Source: Minisyncoccota bacterium (GTDB taxonomy: Bacteria > Patescibacteriota > Minisyncoccia > Phycocordibacterales > UBA918). Taken from it: a stretch of DNA of 64,000 bases. Position numbers and translations under genes: made by a program. Shown here one piece after another: positions 49,431 to 58,576 of this stretch; the first letter of the stretch is position 1; the number at the start of each line of letters is the position of its first letter. Below the pieces are notes generated by a model. The model ran no database searches, was not told where the DNA came from, and saw only the letters and a program-made list of their open reading frames with translations. The DNA lies in assembly GCA_022841645.1 (NCBI GenBank), contig JALHRC010000004.1:4078-68077 (forward strand), written 5' to 3'.

Positions 49431-50466
49431 AAATTCACCCCAGAGTTAGGACACCACCACTTTAAATACTGTCCATCATACCACTTCGCTGCGCCACCTC
49501 CCGCGCACTGCGATAGCCCAGGATCTTCCTGGGCTTTTCGTTTATTAAGTGGACCGCCAGGTCCACCGCTGCCTGAGTCACCGTACTGAAGTCGGTCCCC
49601 TTGGGAAAGTAGCGTCTCAGCATCTTGTTGGCATTCTCCACCCCACCTTTCTGCCACGAGGCATAGGGATGACAGAAGAAGGCAGGTATACCAACGCGCG
49701 CATGGTCACGATTTTCAATACCGTTATCTCTCGTGATGGAACGAGCCTTGAGGGTGCTCGTGAGGGTCACTTCAACGGCCGCGTGCTCGGCTGGTTTCAT
49801 ACTTCTGACTTTCTTCGCTCCGATCAGTCGACTCTTGCGTTCTGAGACGACTTTAAGGCCACCCTTAGTACCCCACCGTCCCACGATAGTGTCACTTTCA
49901 AGGTGACCGTACCGTGTGCGGTGGTTAGCCCCCTTGGAGCGCTTAGATATATCAATGCGGTGTGGGATCACTGACCGTTTGGCTTTGGGGCGATGCTTCT
50001 TCACGCGTTTTCGACCAGAATAGAGGTGAGCGCAGTACCGCTCACCTCGTGCCGTACGCAGCCACTCATAGATGGCGGTCTTGGAGACGTAGCCGGGACA
50101 CCGTCTCGGGTGTTGCTCCATGTACCCAGCAATCTCGTCAGGGTTCCAGTGGCTTTGGAGCTTAGCAATGATAAAGGCTTTGAGTGCTGGGGTGGCTTCA
50201 ATCTTGGCGTACTGGAAACGCCGCAGTCGTTTGCGTACCCGTACCTTAGCGTCGGCTTTAAGTGGCTGGTACACACCAGCCACACTGTTCTTGGTGATTT
50301 CATAGGCGATGGTGCTTTTGCCCCGTCCAAGGGCCGTCGCAATAGCGCGACGGGAATAGCCCCGCGCGTGCAAGATCCCAATTTCTAAACGTTCCGCTCG
50401 ACTCAAATCCTTGATGCCTTTCATAGTACTGCTGATTATGCAGTGTCCTAACTCATTACGGAATTT
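49431..50466 (-). mobile_element. IS30-family insertion sequence
   Basis: Terminal inverted repeats AAATTC-N6-GAGTTAGGACAC (49431-49454) / GTGTCCTAACTC-N6-GAATTT (50443-50466) around a transposase; exact ends uncertain by a few bp. Confidence 0.88.
49462..50424 (-). CDS. IS30 family DDE transposase
   Basis: HTH, GHLESDTIVG, SITRDNG.E, PYASWQKG.VEN.N and N.KPRK.LGY. Confidence 0.95.
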   Translation of the reverse strand: MKGIKDLSRAERLEIGILHARGYSRRAIATALGRGKSTIAYEITKNSVAGVYQPLKADAKVRVRKRLRRFQYAKIEATPALKAFIIAKLQSHWNPDEIAGYMEQHPRRCPGYVSKTAIYEWLRTARGERYCAHLYSGRKRVKKHRPKAKRSVIPHRIDISKRSKGANHRTRYGHLESDTIVGRWGTKGGLKVVSERKSRLIGAKKVRSMKPAEHAAVEVTLTSTLKARSITRDNGIENRDHARVGIPAFFCHPYASWQKGGVENANKMLRRYFPKGTDFSTVTQAAVDLAVHLINEKPRKILGYRSAREVAQRSGMMDSI

Positions 50467-50488
50467 TTCTAGGGTCTATCTTCAATCC

Positions 50489-50767
50489 CTACTCAAACAA
50501 ATCAGAGTGGCTTCCAATATCAACGAGGAGTAACACGAGCTCGTTTTGGAATATCTGATATACAAGCAGGATGTCACTTTTGATATGGCACTCACGGTAG
50601 TTTTTCATTGAGCCAATAAGTTGGTGGTCACGGAACTGCGGGGGCAGAGGCTGTCCTTTGGAAAGTAGGTCTACTACTTGTTCTAGGCGAGATTGATCAA
50701 AATCTTTGTGACGACATACGCGCTTGAGTGAGGACTTGTACTTTCGTGATAGAACAACGTCGTACAT
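50489..50767 (-). CDS. yafQ: YafQ/RelE family toxin
   Basis: DHQL.G....RECHIK.D.LLVY and IGSHSDLF. Confidence 0.93.
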   Translation of the reverse strand: MYDVVLSRKYKSSLKRVCRHKDFDQSRLEQVVDLLSKGQPLPPQFRDHQLIGSMKNYRECHIKSDILLVYQIFQNELVLLLVDIGSHSDLFE

Positions 50768-50770
50768 AGT

Positions 50771-51043
50771 TTATTCACTGAGAATATCGCGGTGCGCCTC
50801 TTGAATCGTCTTATAGCGTTTGCCATGCTTGAGTGCGTGTTTAGCGTCGCGAATGAGCGCCTGTTTCTTTTTTTCTGAAACGTTGTCGTAGGTAAAGAGC
50901 TCAAACGGGATTGACTGCGTGCGCACGACTTGGGTGAGAAAGAGTTTTACCCCCGTCGAAAGATCAAGCCCCATTCGCTCGAGGGTCTTTTTAGCATCTT
51001 TTTTTAGCTTTGCATCAATGCGTGTTTGCAGGGTGGTGTTCAT
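50771..51043 (-). CDS. dinJ: DinJ/RelB family antitoxin
   Basis: RID..LK..A...L..MGLDLS....LFL..V....IPF. Confidence 0.92.
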   Translation of the reverse strand: MNTTLQTRIDAKLKKDAKKTLERMGLDLSTGVKLFLTQVVRTQSIPFELFTYDNVSEKKKQALIRDAKHALKHGKRYKTIQEAHRDILSE

Positions 51044-51049
51044 AGCACT

Positions 51050-51077
51050 AGTATAGACAACGTCATTACGTTGTCAA
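51050..51077 (-). promoter_or_regulatory. TA promoter (TTGACA-16-TATACT) with palindromic operator
   Basis: GACAACGT-CATT-ACGTTGTC at 51056-51075 fills the promoter spacer; ATG 6 nt after the -10. Confidence 0.8.
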
Positions 51078-51091
51078 TCCTAGTGCTCGTT

Positions 51092-51132
51092 AAGAAAACA
51101 GCGAGGTGGCGTAACCACCTCGCTGTTTTCTT
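51092..51132 (-). terminator. Terminator after the cold-shock gene
   Basis: AAGAAAACAGCGAGGTGG...CCACCTCGCTGTTTTCTT. Confidence 0.85.
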
Positions 51133-51145
51133 TTAGGATTGGCAA

Positions 51146-51349
51146 TTAGCCAATGATGCGAACGTTCGCTGCAGCTGGACCCTTAGGACCCTGCTCTACA
51201 TCGAAGCTCACCTTAGCACCGTCTGGCAGGTCGTCAAAGGCGACACCGTCAGCGAGGGCCTGAGCGTGGAAGAAGACATCCTTACTTCCATCGTCTGGCT
51301 TGATAAATCCGTAGCCATTTGGCTGCTTGCGTACTACTGTACCGGTCAT
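51146..51349 (-). CDS. Cold-shock protein
   Basis: GYGFI, DVFFH and GPKGPAAANV. Confidence 0.96.
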   Translation of the reverse strand: MTGTVVRKQPNGYGFIKPDDGSKDVFFHAQALADGVAFDDLPDGAKVSFDVEQGPKGPAAANVRIIG

Positions 51350-51589
51350 GTTTGAAACTGACTTAATTTTTTTAACAACAAAACGTTCCTACACCTCTTC
51401 AATATTTACTTGCTTCAAGGGAGTTAGTTTCGCTACTTCTATTAAAGCATAGTTTGGGGAAAACACAATGCATCTCCACAGGGGTGGGGAAAGGGCTGGA
51501 GGGAGGCAAGTGGTGGCCGGTTTTTGAAAAAGAGAAGCACCGTCCCGTCAGGCGGCGGGACGGTGCTTCTTCTTCCATCAAAATGCTCC

Positions 51590-51976
51590 TTAAATAGGAA
51601 GATGCTGGGCCAAGCCTCCTACCAGCGGCAGTTCCTTCTCCTGCTTTTTCACTGCGTTTACGATACCGATGATGGCGAGTACCAAGATACCAAGATTAAT
51701 GAGATTAAGGAGTGGGTAGAACATACCGAGAAACATCCAGGCGTAGTTACCAATGGCCCATAGTCCTACCTGCATAATGAAGAGCACGAGACCCTGGCGG
51801 ATGTGGAATTTGACTACCGGATCATCCTTGGCGGCAAGGAGGGGGATGAGCACGAGAATACTAATATACGCAAGCACGCTCATCACAACGGTATTTGACG
51901 GCTGGTTTGGTGGGGTCGGTGCACTGTTAGTGGGCTGCGGCATGGGAATCGGGGCCTGCGGTGTCATATCGTTCAT
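51590..51976 (-). CDS. DUF4870/Tic20-like membrane protein
   Basis: LAYI..L.LIPLL..KDD..VKFH..QG..L and I.GI.NA....KELP.VG; start at MNDMT. Confidence 0.8.
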   Translation of the reverse strand: MNDMTPQAPIPMPQPTNSAPTPPNQPSNTVVMSVLAYISILVLIPLLAAKDDPVVKFHIRQGLVLFIMQVGLWAIGNYAWMFLGMFYPLLNLINLGILVLAIIGIVNAVKKQEKELPLVGGLAQHLPI

Positions 51977-52128
51977 GGTGAAAATAATTGAGTGGTTAAA
52001 CCAAAGAGTAATCACCAATAATTGTATGCCGTTTCTCTGGAGGAACAACTGTGAGCGGCGGATAAGTGTTGACGTAGCTAGGCGGGCGCGGTAGGGTGAG
52101 GGTCGCAATTTGTTCGGGAGGAGAAAGT

Positions 52129-52608
52129 ATGTCGTCTGATAACGGCTTTCTGCAGGTAGACATCTCGGCGATTCCGAGCGTGCCAGAGACAAGCTTGGCG
52201 AAAATGTTCGGAGTACAAGTCGAACAGCAGACCAACGACGCCATCTGTGTCCGCGTGACGCTGACGGCACCAGCCCTCAATTACCTCTGCCAGTTTTCCA
52301 GCGATGCGAATGCTGGATTTCATGCGGAGACGGGGTTGGTGCAAGGGAGTCTGTGGATGTTGCTGATTCAGCTGGTGGTGTCCGAATGGATTCCACGGCA
52401 TGGCCCGCATACGTTCAAGGGGGAGTTCCCCGCGGCATCTGTTATCCCCTCTGGCGAACAGCGGGGATTTAGAATCACCATCACAAAGACCGGGAAGCGT
52501 TCCCTGTGTTGCGTGGTGGGAGGGCCGTTTGGGGGCGAAAGTCCACCCGAAGTCTTTCGCTTCGACTGCCAGATTTTTCCGATGGTGGCAGCGTTGCGTG
52601 GACGGTAG
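52129..52608 (+). CDS. Hypothetical protein
   Basis: GGGAGGAG SD and TTGACG-17-TAGGGT upstream; no family recognised. Confidence 0.5.
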   Translation: MSSDNGFLQVDISAIPSVPETSLAKMFGVQVEQQTNDAICVRVTLTAPALNYLCQFSSDANAGFHAETGLVQGSLWMLLIQLVVSEWIPRHGPHTFKGEFPAASVIPSGEQRGFRITITKTGKRSLCCVVGGPFGGESPPEVFRFDCQIFPMVAALRGR

Positions 52609-52722
52609 TACTGCGATGTGCTTTGCTCGGCGGCCACTTTGGCCCGCCGAGCAGTTTTTGTTTACTAGTCCGTCCATAAACATACTTCTGGCTTTGCCGC
52701 GTGTGATCCGGGCGGATGTTTT

Positions 52723-53634
52723 TTACTGCGCTTCCGAATAAAGTGAAAAGAGCGCCGTCACTGCTGGCCAATTGCGTTCCCATTCAGTACTTTGCCAGCC
52801 CTCGAGCTCGACCGTCACAGCGGGAATACCGATAGATGCAAGCCAGCCTTCAGCATCACCAGTAACAGGATAGGCGTCAAAGCTTTCTACCGCACCATAC
52901 TTCCCTGCTGCAGCGTAGGTGCGCATCAGGGAAAGGGTCTCAGGCAATACGCCATTCTCGCACTCAGAAGCATACACATTATTCGCTTGGCTATGCCAGA
53001 AGACCACTCCTTGTGGACGGGTCGCGAGCACGTAGTCGCGCAACGAGGCCGCCTCAGGTTCGGAGAACGGTGCACTGCCAGCACTCACCGCTGCACCACG
53101 CCAGGTGGAGGTTGATTGCCACTTACAGTCGAAGTTGCGGTTGAGGTCAACCTCGCGCGCGTTGAAGCGGCCCTCCGCCACACGCTCGCTTTGTATGGTG
53201 ACATCGTCGATGGTAAAGCGACCAGAGGAGGCGACTACCGTAGAGAGGCCGTCGGGGTTAAGTACAGGAATGATGTGGATGGTAAGGTCGGGTGGAACGA
53301 GTGTGGGGTCGGCAGCCAGTATGTCCATCACTTGGTAGGCGAGTAATGAACTGTTCCACTCATAGCCGCCATGAATACCACCGACAAACAGAAGTGAGGT
53401 AGAACCGTTCCCAAACGTGTGTGCTTCAATCGCTCGTCCTTCGACTGAGGAACCGATGACGCGCATGGTTTGCCACGGTAACGCTGGCGGTGCTTCGGGT
53501 AGGGTGGGTACAGAGGGAGTCTCTACAACCGGCGCCGGCCGTAGCAGGAGGAAGAGGCCCGCGGCGACGGCGAGACAGGCGATAAAGAAAAGTACCGAGA
53601 AAGCCTTAAGAGAAGACTGAGGGCGAGGCGGCAT
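52723..53634 (-). CDS. Membrane-anchored M14 zinc carboxypeptidase (MpaA-like)
   Basis: IG.SVEGR.I, GGIHGGYE, LNPDG, VDLNRNF, PFSEPE and VEL. Confidence 0.9.
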   Translation of the reverse strand: MPPRPQSSLKAFSVLFFIACLAVAAGLFLLLRPAPVVETPSVPTLPEAPPALPWQTMRVIGSSVEGRAIEAHTFGNGSTSLLFVGGIHGGYEWNSSLLAYQVMDILAADPTLVPPDLTIHIIPVLNPDGLSTVVASSGRFTIDDVTIQSERVAEGRFNAREVDLNRNFDCKWQSTSTWRGAAVSAGSAPFSEPEAASLRDYVLATRPQGVVFWHSQANNVYASECENGVLPETLSLMRTYAAAGKYGAVESFDAYPVTGDAEGWLASIGIPAVTVELEGWQSTEWERNWPAVTALFSLYSEAQ

Positions 53635-53647
53635 GGGGGTCGGCTAG

Positions 53648-54586
53648 CTACTGCGCTGCCACTGCCTTCATAGCAGCTTCAAGGCCGCGGCGATTCTTTT
53701 CCCACTCAGTTGACTGGTGGTCGGTAAGGAGGATGCTGATGGCGGGGATGTCCTGCTTAGCAAACCAGTTCATCATGTCGCCAGTAATTTCATAGTAATT
53801 AAACTCATCATGGGCGGTGTATCCCGAGGCGGTCGCGAAGGTCTGCATCAGGGCCCTCGTCTCGGCAGAAACGCCATCGCCACAGTTGGAAGCGTAGACG
53901 CCGCCGGCGGCACTGTACCAGCCAATGACAGCTGTTGGTGGGTAATCGGCTACATAGTCACGGAGCGCGGCTGCCTCAGGCTCTGAGAAAGGTGCACTAC
54001 CGCCACTTACATTGCGACTCCGCCAGGTGCCCTGTGCTTCCCACTCACAATCGAAGTTGCGGTTGAGGTCGACGGTGTTGGCGTTAAAGCGGCCGGCGAT
54101 ACGAGCGGCTTCGCTCGTGGGGACTGCCGCCGTGGTAAAGCGGCCAGTGGTCTTTACTGTTTCCATAAGTCCGTCAGCGTTAAAGGCTGGGATAACGGTT
54201 ACCATCACTCCTTCCGGTATAACGTCTGGGTTGTCACCTAGGTAGTCGACAATGTCGTGACCAAGGAGCGCGGTGTTCCATGAGTAGCCGCCGTGGATGC
54301 CGCCTACGAGTAGAATTTCTTTGGTACCCGTACCGAAGTGGTAGGCGGTGATCGCTTCCCCACCGGCCGAAGTGCCGATGACCGTACTCTCACCACGGAC
54401 GGCGGGAGTGACGTCAGTCGTCGTGGTAGCTACTGGCTCGGGAGTAACCACTGGTGTCGAAGGTGTGTCAGAAGGGTCTGGTGTATCGGTAGTGAGTTCG
54501 GTCGAACGACTCATAAATAGATAAAGACCACCAATAACTACGATAATCAAAGCTCCGATAAGCAACAGCGGGGTTTTTGTTTGCAT
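53648..54586 (-). CDS. M14 carboxypeptidase paralog, possibly catalytically altered
   Basis: GGIHGGYS, VDLNRNF and PFSEPE; Zn-ligand and catalytic residues substituted. Confidence 0.85.
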   Translation of the reverse strand: MQTKTPLLLIGALIIVVIGGLYLFMSRSTELTTDTPDPSDTPSTPVVTPEPVATTTTDVTPAVRGESTVIGTSAGGEAITAYHFGTGTKEILLVGGIHGGYSWNTALLGHDIVDYLGDNPDVIPEGVMVTVIPAFNADGLMETVKTTGRFTTAAVPTSEAARIAGRFNANTVDLNRNFDCEWEAQGTWRSRNVSGGSAPFSEPEAAALRDYVADYPPTAVIGWYSAAGGVYASNCGDGVSAETRALMQTFATASGYTAHDEFNYYEITGDMMNWFAKQDIPAISILLTDHQSTEWEKNRRGLEAAMKAVAAQ

Positions 54587-54637
54587 ATACTAATTATACG
54601 CCACTTGGGATGGCTTAGCGAGGAGTGCGAGTATCGT

Positions 54638-54862
54638 CTACAGTTTCTCGATTTCTTTGAGGTCGTGGTCGGGCAAGTACAGAATGAGGAAGCCCACCAC
54701 GATGCCAGCCAGTGCCGTATAGAGATGGCTACCACCGAACAATAGTATGTCGAGCTCATCAAGGACATACCAAATACCCCGCCAAATAAGCACTATGCCG
54801 ACGATAATCCCGAGGTTTTTAGCAAAATAGCGCAGAATGTGATGACGGTGGGTGGTTTTCAT
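54638..54862 (-). CDS. Small two-TM hypothetical protein
   Basis: IVLIWRGIWY.LD motif. Confidence 0.75.
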   Translation of the reverse strand: MKTTHRHHILRYFAKNLGIIVGIVLIWRGIWYVLDELDILLFGGSHLYTALAGIVVGFLILYLPDHDLKEIEKL

Positions 54863-55034
54863 AAATTGAACGTAGAAGAGGTGTTTTGTGCGGTCATCGT
54901 CCCACGATGACCGCAGGACTGGCCTAGCGGCCCTGGAGCGCGGTCGGCAAGCGATGTGGCAGCGCGAGAAATGGCTCGAGCGACAACGGTAATTCTAGCA
55001 CGTGGCATTTGCCCACGGTATACTAGCTCTGCGT

Positions 55035-55826
55035 ATGAAAATCTACTCATGGAACGTCAACGGCCTGCGGGCGGTGCAGAAAAAGGGTGCTCTGCAAGAC
55101 TTTATCGAGCGGCACCAGCCTGATATCATCTGTTTCCAAGAAACCAAGGCCCAACGGGAGCAAGTAGAGGTAGATTTGCCTGAGTATGAAGAATATTGGT
55201 ACTCGGCTGAGCGTAAAGGCTATTCGGGCACGGCCATTTTTACCAAAGAAAGCCCAGTGGATGTTGTCTACGGTCTCCCTGAGGATATTGTGGAACAGTA
55301 CGAACTTACCGACAGCTACGGTGACACCACCCGCGAAGGGCGGGTAACCACCGTTGAGTTCGAAGGGTTTTTTGTGAGCACGGTGTATACCCCGAACGCC
55401 AAAGACGATCTCTCACGCATTCCGATGCGCCAGCACTGGGACCCGGCGTACGTGGCGTACATGAAACGTCTTGAGGAGCAAAAACCGGTTATTTTTTGTG
55501 GTGATTTCAACGTGGCACACACGGAACTCGATTTAGCCCGACCCAAGGAGAATGTCGGGAAGAAAGGCTTTACGGCCGAAGAACGGGCTGGATTTGATGC
55601 GTTCATCAAAGCGGGCTTTGTAGACACGTTTCGACTGTTTGAGAAACGCGATGGTTTCTATACTTGGTGGTCTCACTTTGGCGGCGCGCGTGAGCGCAAT
55701 GTCGGCTGGCGTATCGACTACATTATGGCCTCCCCTACCCTCATGCCACTTATCAGGTCGGCCCGCATTCACCCTGAAGTGATGGGCTCCGACCACTGCC
55801 CGGTTTCAATTGAGATTTCCTTGTAG
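55035..55826 (+). CDS. xth: Exodeoxyribonuclease III / AP endonuclease
   Basis: SWNVNGLRA, QETK, GDFNVAH, YTWWS, GWRIDY and GSDHCP. Confidence 0.96.
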   Translation: MKIYSWNVNGLRAVQKKGALQDFIERHQPDIICFQETKAQREQVEVDLPEYEEYWYSAERKGYSGTAIFTKESPVDVVYGLPEDIVEQYELTDSYGDTTREGRVTTVEFEGFFVSTVYTPNAKDDLSRIPMRQHWDPAYVAYMKRLEEQKPVIFCGDFNVAHTELDLARPKENVGKKGFTAEERAGFDAFIKAGFVDTFRLFEKRDGFYTWWSHFGGARERNVGWRIDYIMASPTLMPLIRSARIHPEVMGSDHCPVSIEISL

Positions 55827-55970
55827 AAAGGGCTCTCTGCAAGCAGCGAGTGGACAGGTGTTACCTAAAAACGTAGGAAATAGAAAGTTGTCCTTTATAA
55901 AGGACAACTATCCCCAGCTATCCACACACTTGTCCTTTACACACTACTATAAAAGACATACTATCTATGC

Positions 55971-56440
55971 AGGCCCAGAAAGGGCGCGCAGTCATTCCAT
56001 AGTTCTCGGCTGAAGCAACTTGAGCCAAGAACCGTGGAATGAACCGTAAAGAGTTCGTTCCACAATCCAACTAGTTTATTACCTCCAACTAGTACGTTCA
56101 CACACCACCCACAAAAGTAGCGAAGCAATGGAAGTATCCATACAAGGCCTGATAAAAAAGCCCTTGCATGAGAAATCTACTTCCAACAACGTGGAGAGCA
56201 TATAGGTCGGTTAGCTCACGTAGCGCCACCTCGGGTCAAAAGACCCTAACAAAAAAGCTCTCACCCACCCTAAGAGCCTGGGGAATCGGCAGACAAGCAC
56301 CACTTGCCTCTCGATTCCCCAGGCTCTTTTTTAAACATAAATAACGAGCCACAAAGTGGCGACTATATTTTGTTTATGCAGGCGCCTCGCTACTTTTGCG
56401 CCTCAAAGTGCTTAAAGTAGCGGCGGCGAGCTGCAAAGGA
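55971..56440. ncRNA. Putative long structured non-coding element; strand and ends uncertain
   Basis: Series of hairpins, a 17-bp stem followed by a T run (56272-56332), a 12-bp long-range complement and a plus-strand promoter TTTACA-17-TACTAT (55936-55964); no ORF of 60 aa or more inside. Confidence 0.45.
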
Positions 56441-56634
56441 AGATCATTTGCAACATGTGCCCTATTTTGACCTACCGATGGGATAAGCAGAAACAAAGAG
56501 GGACGGAGTAACGACTATGTTTTGCTTAGACAAACACTTCACCAGGTTTGACCTATAGAGGGAGAACATGGTGGTAGTGTTTGAGAAAATAGTGGCAGCG
56601 CTCCGCCAAGGCACACAAAAGTGTTCAAAAGCTA

Positions 56635-58107
56635 CTACCCTACCTTATGCTCCCGCGCGATTTCTTTCAGCGCCGCGGCCTCTTCCTCGGCCTGTTTCTC
56701 TTTGCCGGCTTCACCAAGCGCCAAAAGTTCCGTCTCGGACATGGCAAATAACTCTATTACACGGCCTTCTAGATAGGCTTCGGTGTTTTTCCCCGGGTCT
56801 ACCAACACCTCTTCGAGCAGTGCATGCAGTGCATATCCTAACTTTCTCCCCGGCTTTTCCCCAGTAATGGCCATGATGCGATCGCCATTGATCTTCAGCA
56901 TTTTAACAGAAATAGGGTCGCGTAACGCCTCGTCCACCATCGCCTTATATTTACGGAAGCGAAATGGCTGTTCTTTGGGCCGTCCTGTACCAATACGATC
57001 GCAGACCCGCAAATTAAGGAGGCTTTCGATCTGGTCCTCCCCTACCCGCACGATAGTCCGGCGGACAGCCGCCAGGGTGATGAGATCGGGATCAGAGAAA
57101 AACATGTGCCAGCGCACCAAGTTAACCACCGTGTCGATGAGTTCTCGGGGCAATTTAAGCCGTTCCAGGATGGTTTTGGTCATGCGCGCCCCTACTACTT
57201 CGTGTCCAAAGAAGGTGTAATGCTTGTTTTTTCCGCCCGTGCGACGGGTGGCCGGCTTTCCAATATCATGAAACAGGGCCGCCAGACGCAGTTCGGTACT
57301 GAAGTCTTTATCGGCAGCGGCTTGGAGGGTGCGCAAGAGATGCTCAAAGACATCAAAGGCGTGAATACCTCCCTGTTCGCAACCAACGGCCGCCACAAAT
57401 TCTGGAATGATCTCCTCGAGGAGACCGAGCTTGTGAAGGAGAGCGATGCCGTGCATCGGGGCACTTGAATCGATAAGGCGAATGAATTCGGCTGCTACAC
57501 GCTCGATCGCGATACGAGAAATAAGCTTGCTGTTTCTAGTGATTCCAGCCATGGTGGCGCTCTCGATGACAAAGTCGAGTTCGGCAGCCAGGCGCACGGC
57601 CCGCATCATGCGCAGCGCATCTTCCCCAAAGCGTTCGTCGGGGTCCCGGACGGCCCGCAGGCGCTTTTCGTGTAGGTCGGCCATTCCTTCGTAGAGGTCG
57701 ACCATAGAACCGTCCTTAGGCCGAAAAGCGATAGCATTAATCGTAAAGTCACGACGGGCGAGGTCTTCCTCGAGACTTACGCCAAATTGGACGGCATCGG
57801 GCCGTCTAGCGTCACTGTAGCCGCTTTCAGTGCGGTACGGAGTGACTTCTACGACCGCAAGGCGCAGATCGTCTTCCTCGCCGGTCTTTACGCCTACCGT
57901 GCCGTAGTCGTTATTACAAAAACTGTCTGGAAATAAGGCTTGAATCTGGTCGGGGTGGGCACTCGTCGTATAGTCCCAGTCCTTAGGGGTTTTGCCCAAA
58001 AGAAGGTCGCGCACGCAGCCACCCACGAGGTAGGCGGTAAAACCGGCATTCTCTAGCGTCTCCCCCACGACGCGGACCGGGAGTGGGATTTTGGTTAGTG
58101 GGATCAT
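56635..58107 (-). CDS. cca: CCA tRNA nucleotidyltransferase with HD domain
   Basis: VGGCVRDLLLG..PKDWD, EDLARRDFTINA, EDALRMMRA, LFHDIGK and F.GHE. Confidence 0.93.
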   Translation of the reverse strand: MIPLTKIPLPVRVVGETLENAGFTAYLVGGCVRDLLLGKTPKDWDYTTSAHPDQIQALFPDSFCNNDYGTVGVKTGEEDDLRLAVVEVTPYRTESGYSDARRPDAVQFGVSLEEDLARRDFTINAIAFRPKDGSMVDLYEGMADLHEKRLRAVRDPDERFGEDALRMMRAVRLAAELDFVIESATMAGITRNSKLISRIAIERVAAEFIRLIDSSAPMHGIALLHKLGLLEEIIPEFVAAVGCEQGGIHAFDVFEHLLRTLQAAADKDFSTELRLAALFHDIGKPATRRTGGKNKHYTFFGHEVVGARMTKTILERLKLPRELIDTVVNLVRWHMFFSDPDLITLAAVRRTIVRVGEDQIESLLNLRVCDRIGTGRPKEQPFRFRKYKAMVDEALRDPISVKMLKINGDRIMAITGEKPGRKLGYALHALLEEVLVDPGKNTEAYLEGRVIELFAMSETELLALGEAGKEKQAEEEAAALKEIAREHKVG

Positions 58108-58174
58108 ATCGGGGCTATTGTAGCAGAATTGCTTTGCTTTTTGCGCGCCGCCACCGTATCATGCACAGGCAATT

Positions 58175-58246
58175 GCACCCGTGGTGAAGTGGATATCATT
58201 ACTGTCTTCGGAACAGTCGTCCCAGGTTCGAGTCCTGGCGGGTGCA
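58175..58246 (+). tRNA. tRNA-Arg(TCG), no encoded CCA
   Basis: Cloverleaf GCACCCG/CGGGTGC, anticodon loop CTTCGGA and T-loop TTCGAGT. Confidence 0.95.
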
Positions 58247-58468
58247 CAAACAGCCGATGCCGACACGAAAGTGTCGGCATCGTTGCTGTTTGGCACCCGC
58301 CAGGACTCGAACCCCTCCACCGGGACCCAACATGTAGCGAAAGCGTAGTGGTGGTGATGGAGGGGCGGGGTCGCGACAGCGAGCCGAAATGGAGCAAAGT
58401 GAACATTTTGGCCGCTGTGGTGACCGAGTATTTCCATAGCGAAGAAATATGGTTAGTAACTCGTGACC
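58247..58468 (+). repeat. tRNA-linked fold-back element 1
   Basis: Hairpin, then 58293-58313 = perfect reverse complement of tRNA 58225-58245, then stacked stems with GGGGTCG...GTGACC. Confidence 0.8.
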
Positions 58469-58504
58469 ACTGCGTTCATGATTTTTTGCTACAATCCTTG
58501 CGTC

Positions 58505-58576
58505 GCTCCCATAGTTTAATGGATAGAATGCAGGTTTCCGGTACCTGCGATCCAGGTTCGATTCCTGGTGGGAGCA
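58505..58576 (+). tRNA. tRNA-Arg(CCG), no encoded CCA
   Basis: GCTCCCA/TGGGAGC acceptor, loop TTCCGGT and T-loop TTCGATT. Confidence 0.95.

Noticed and set aside
55971-56440. tmRNA, RNase P RNA, SRP RNA or hammerhead identity for the structured regions (also 6960-7302)
   Set aside because: No tRNA-like ends, no GAGGAAAGUCC, no SRP helix-8 motif, and CTGATAA does not fit the CUGANGA core.
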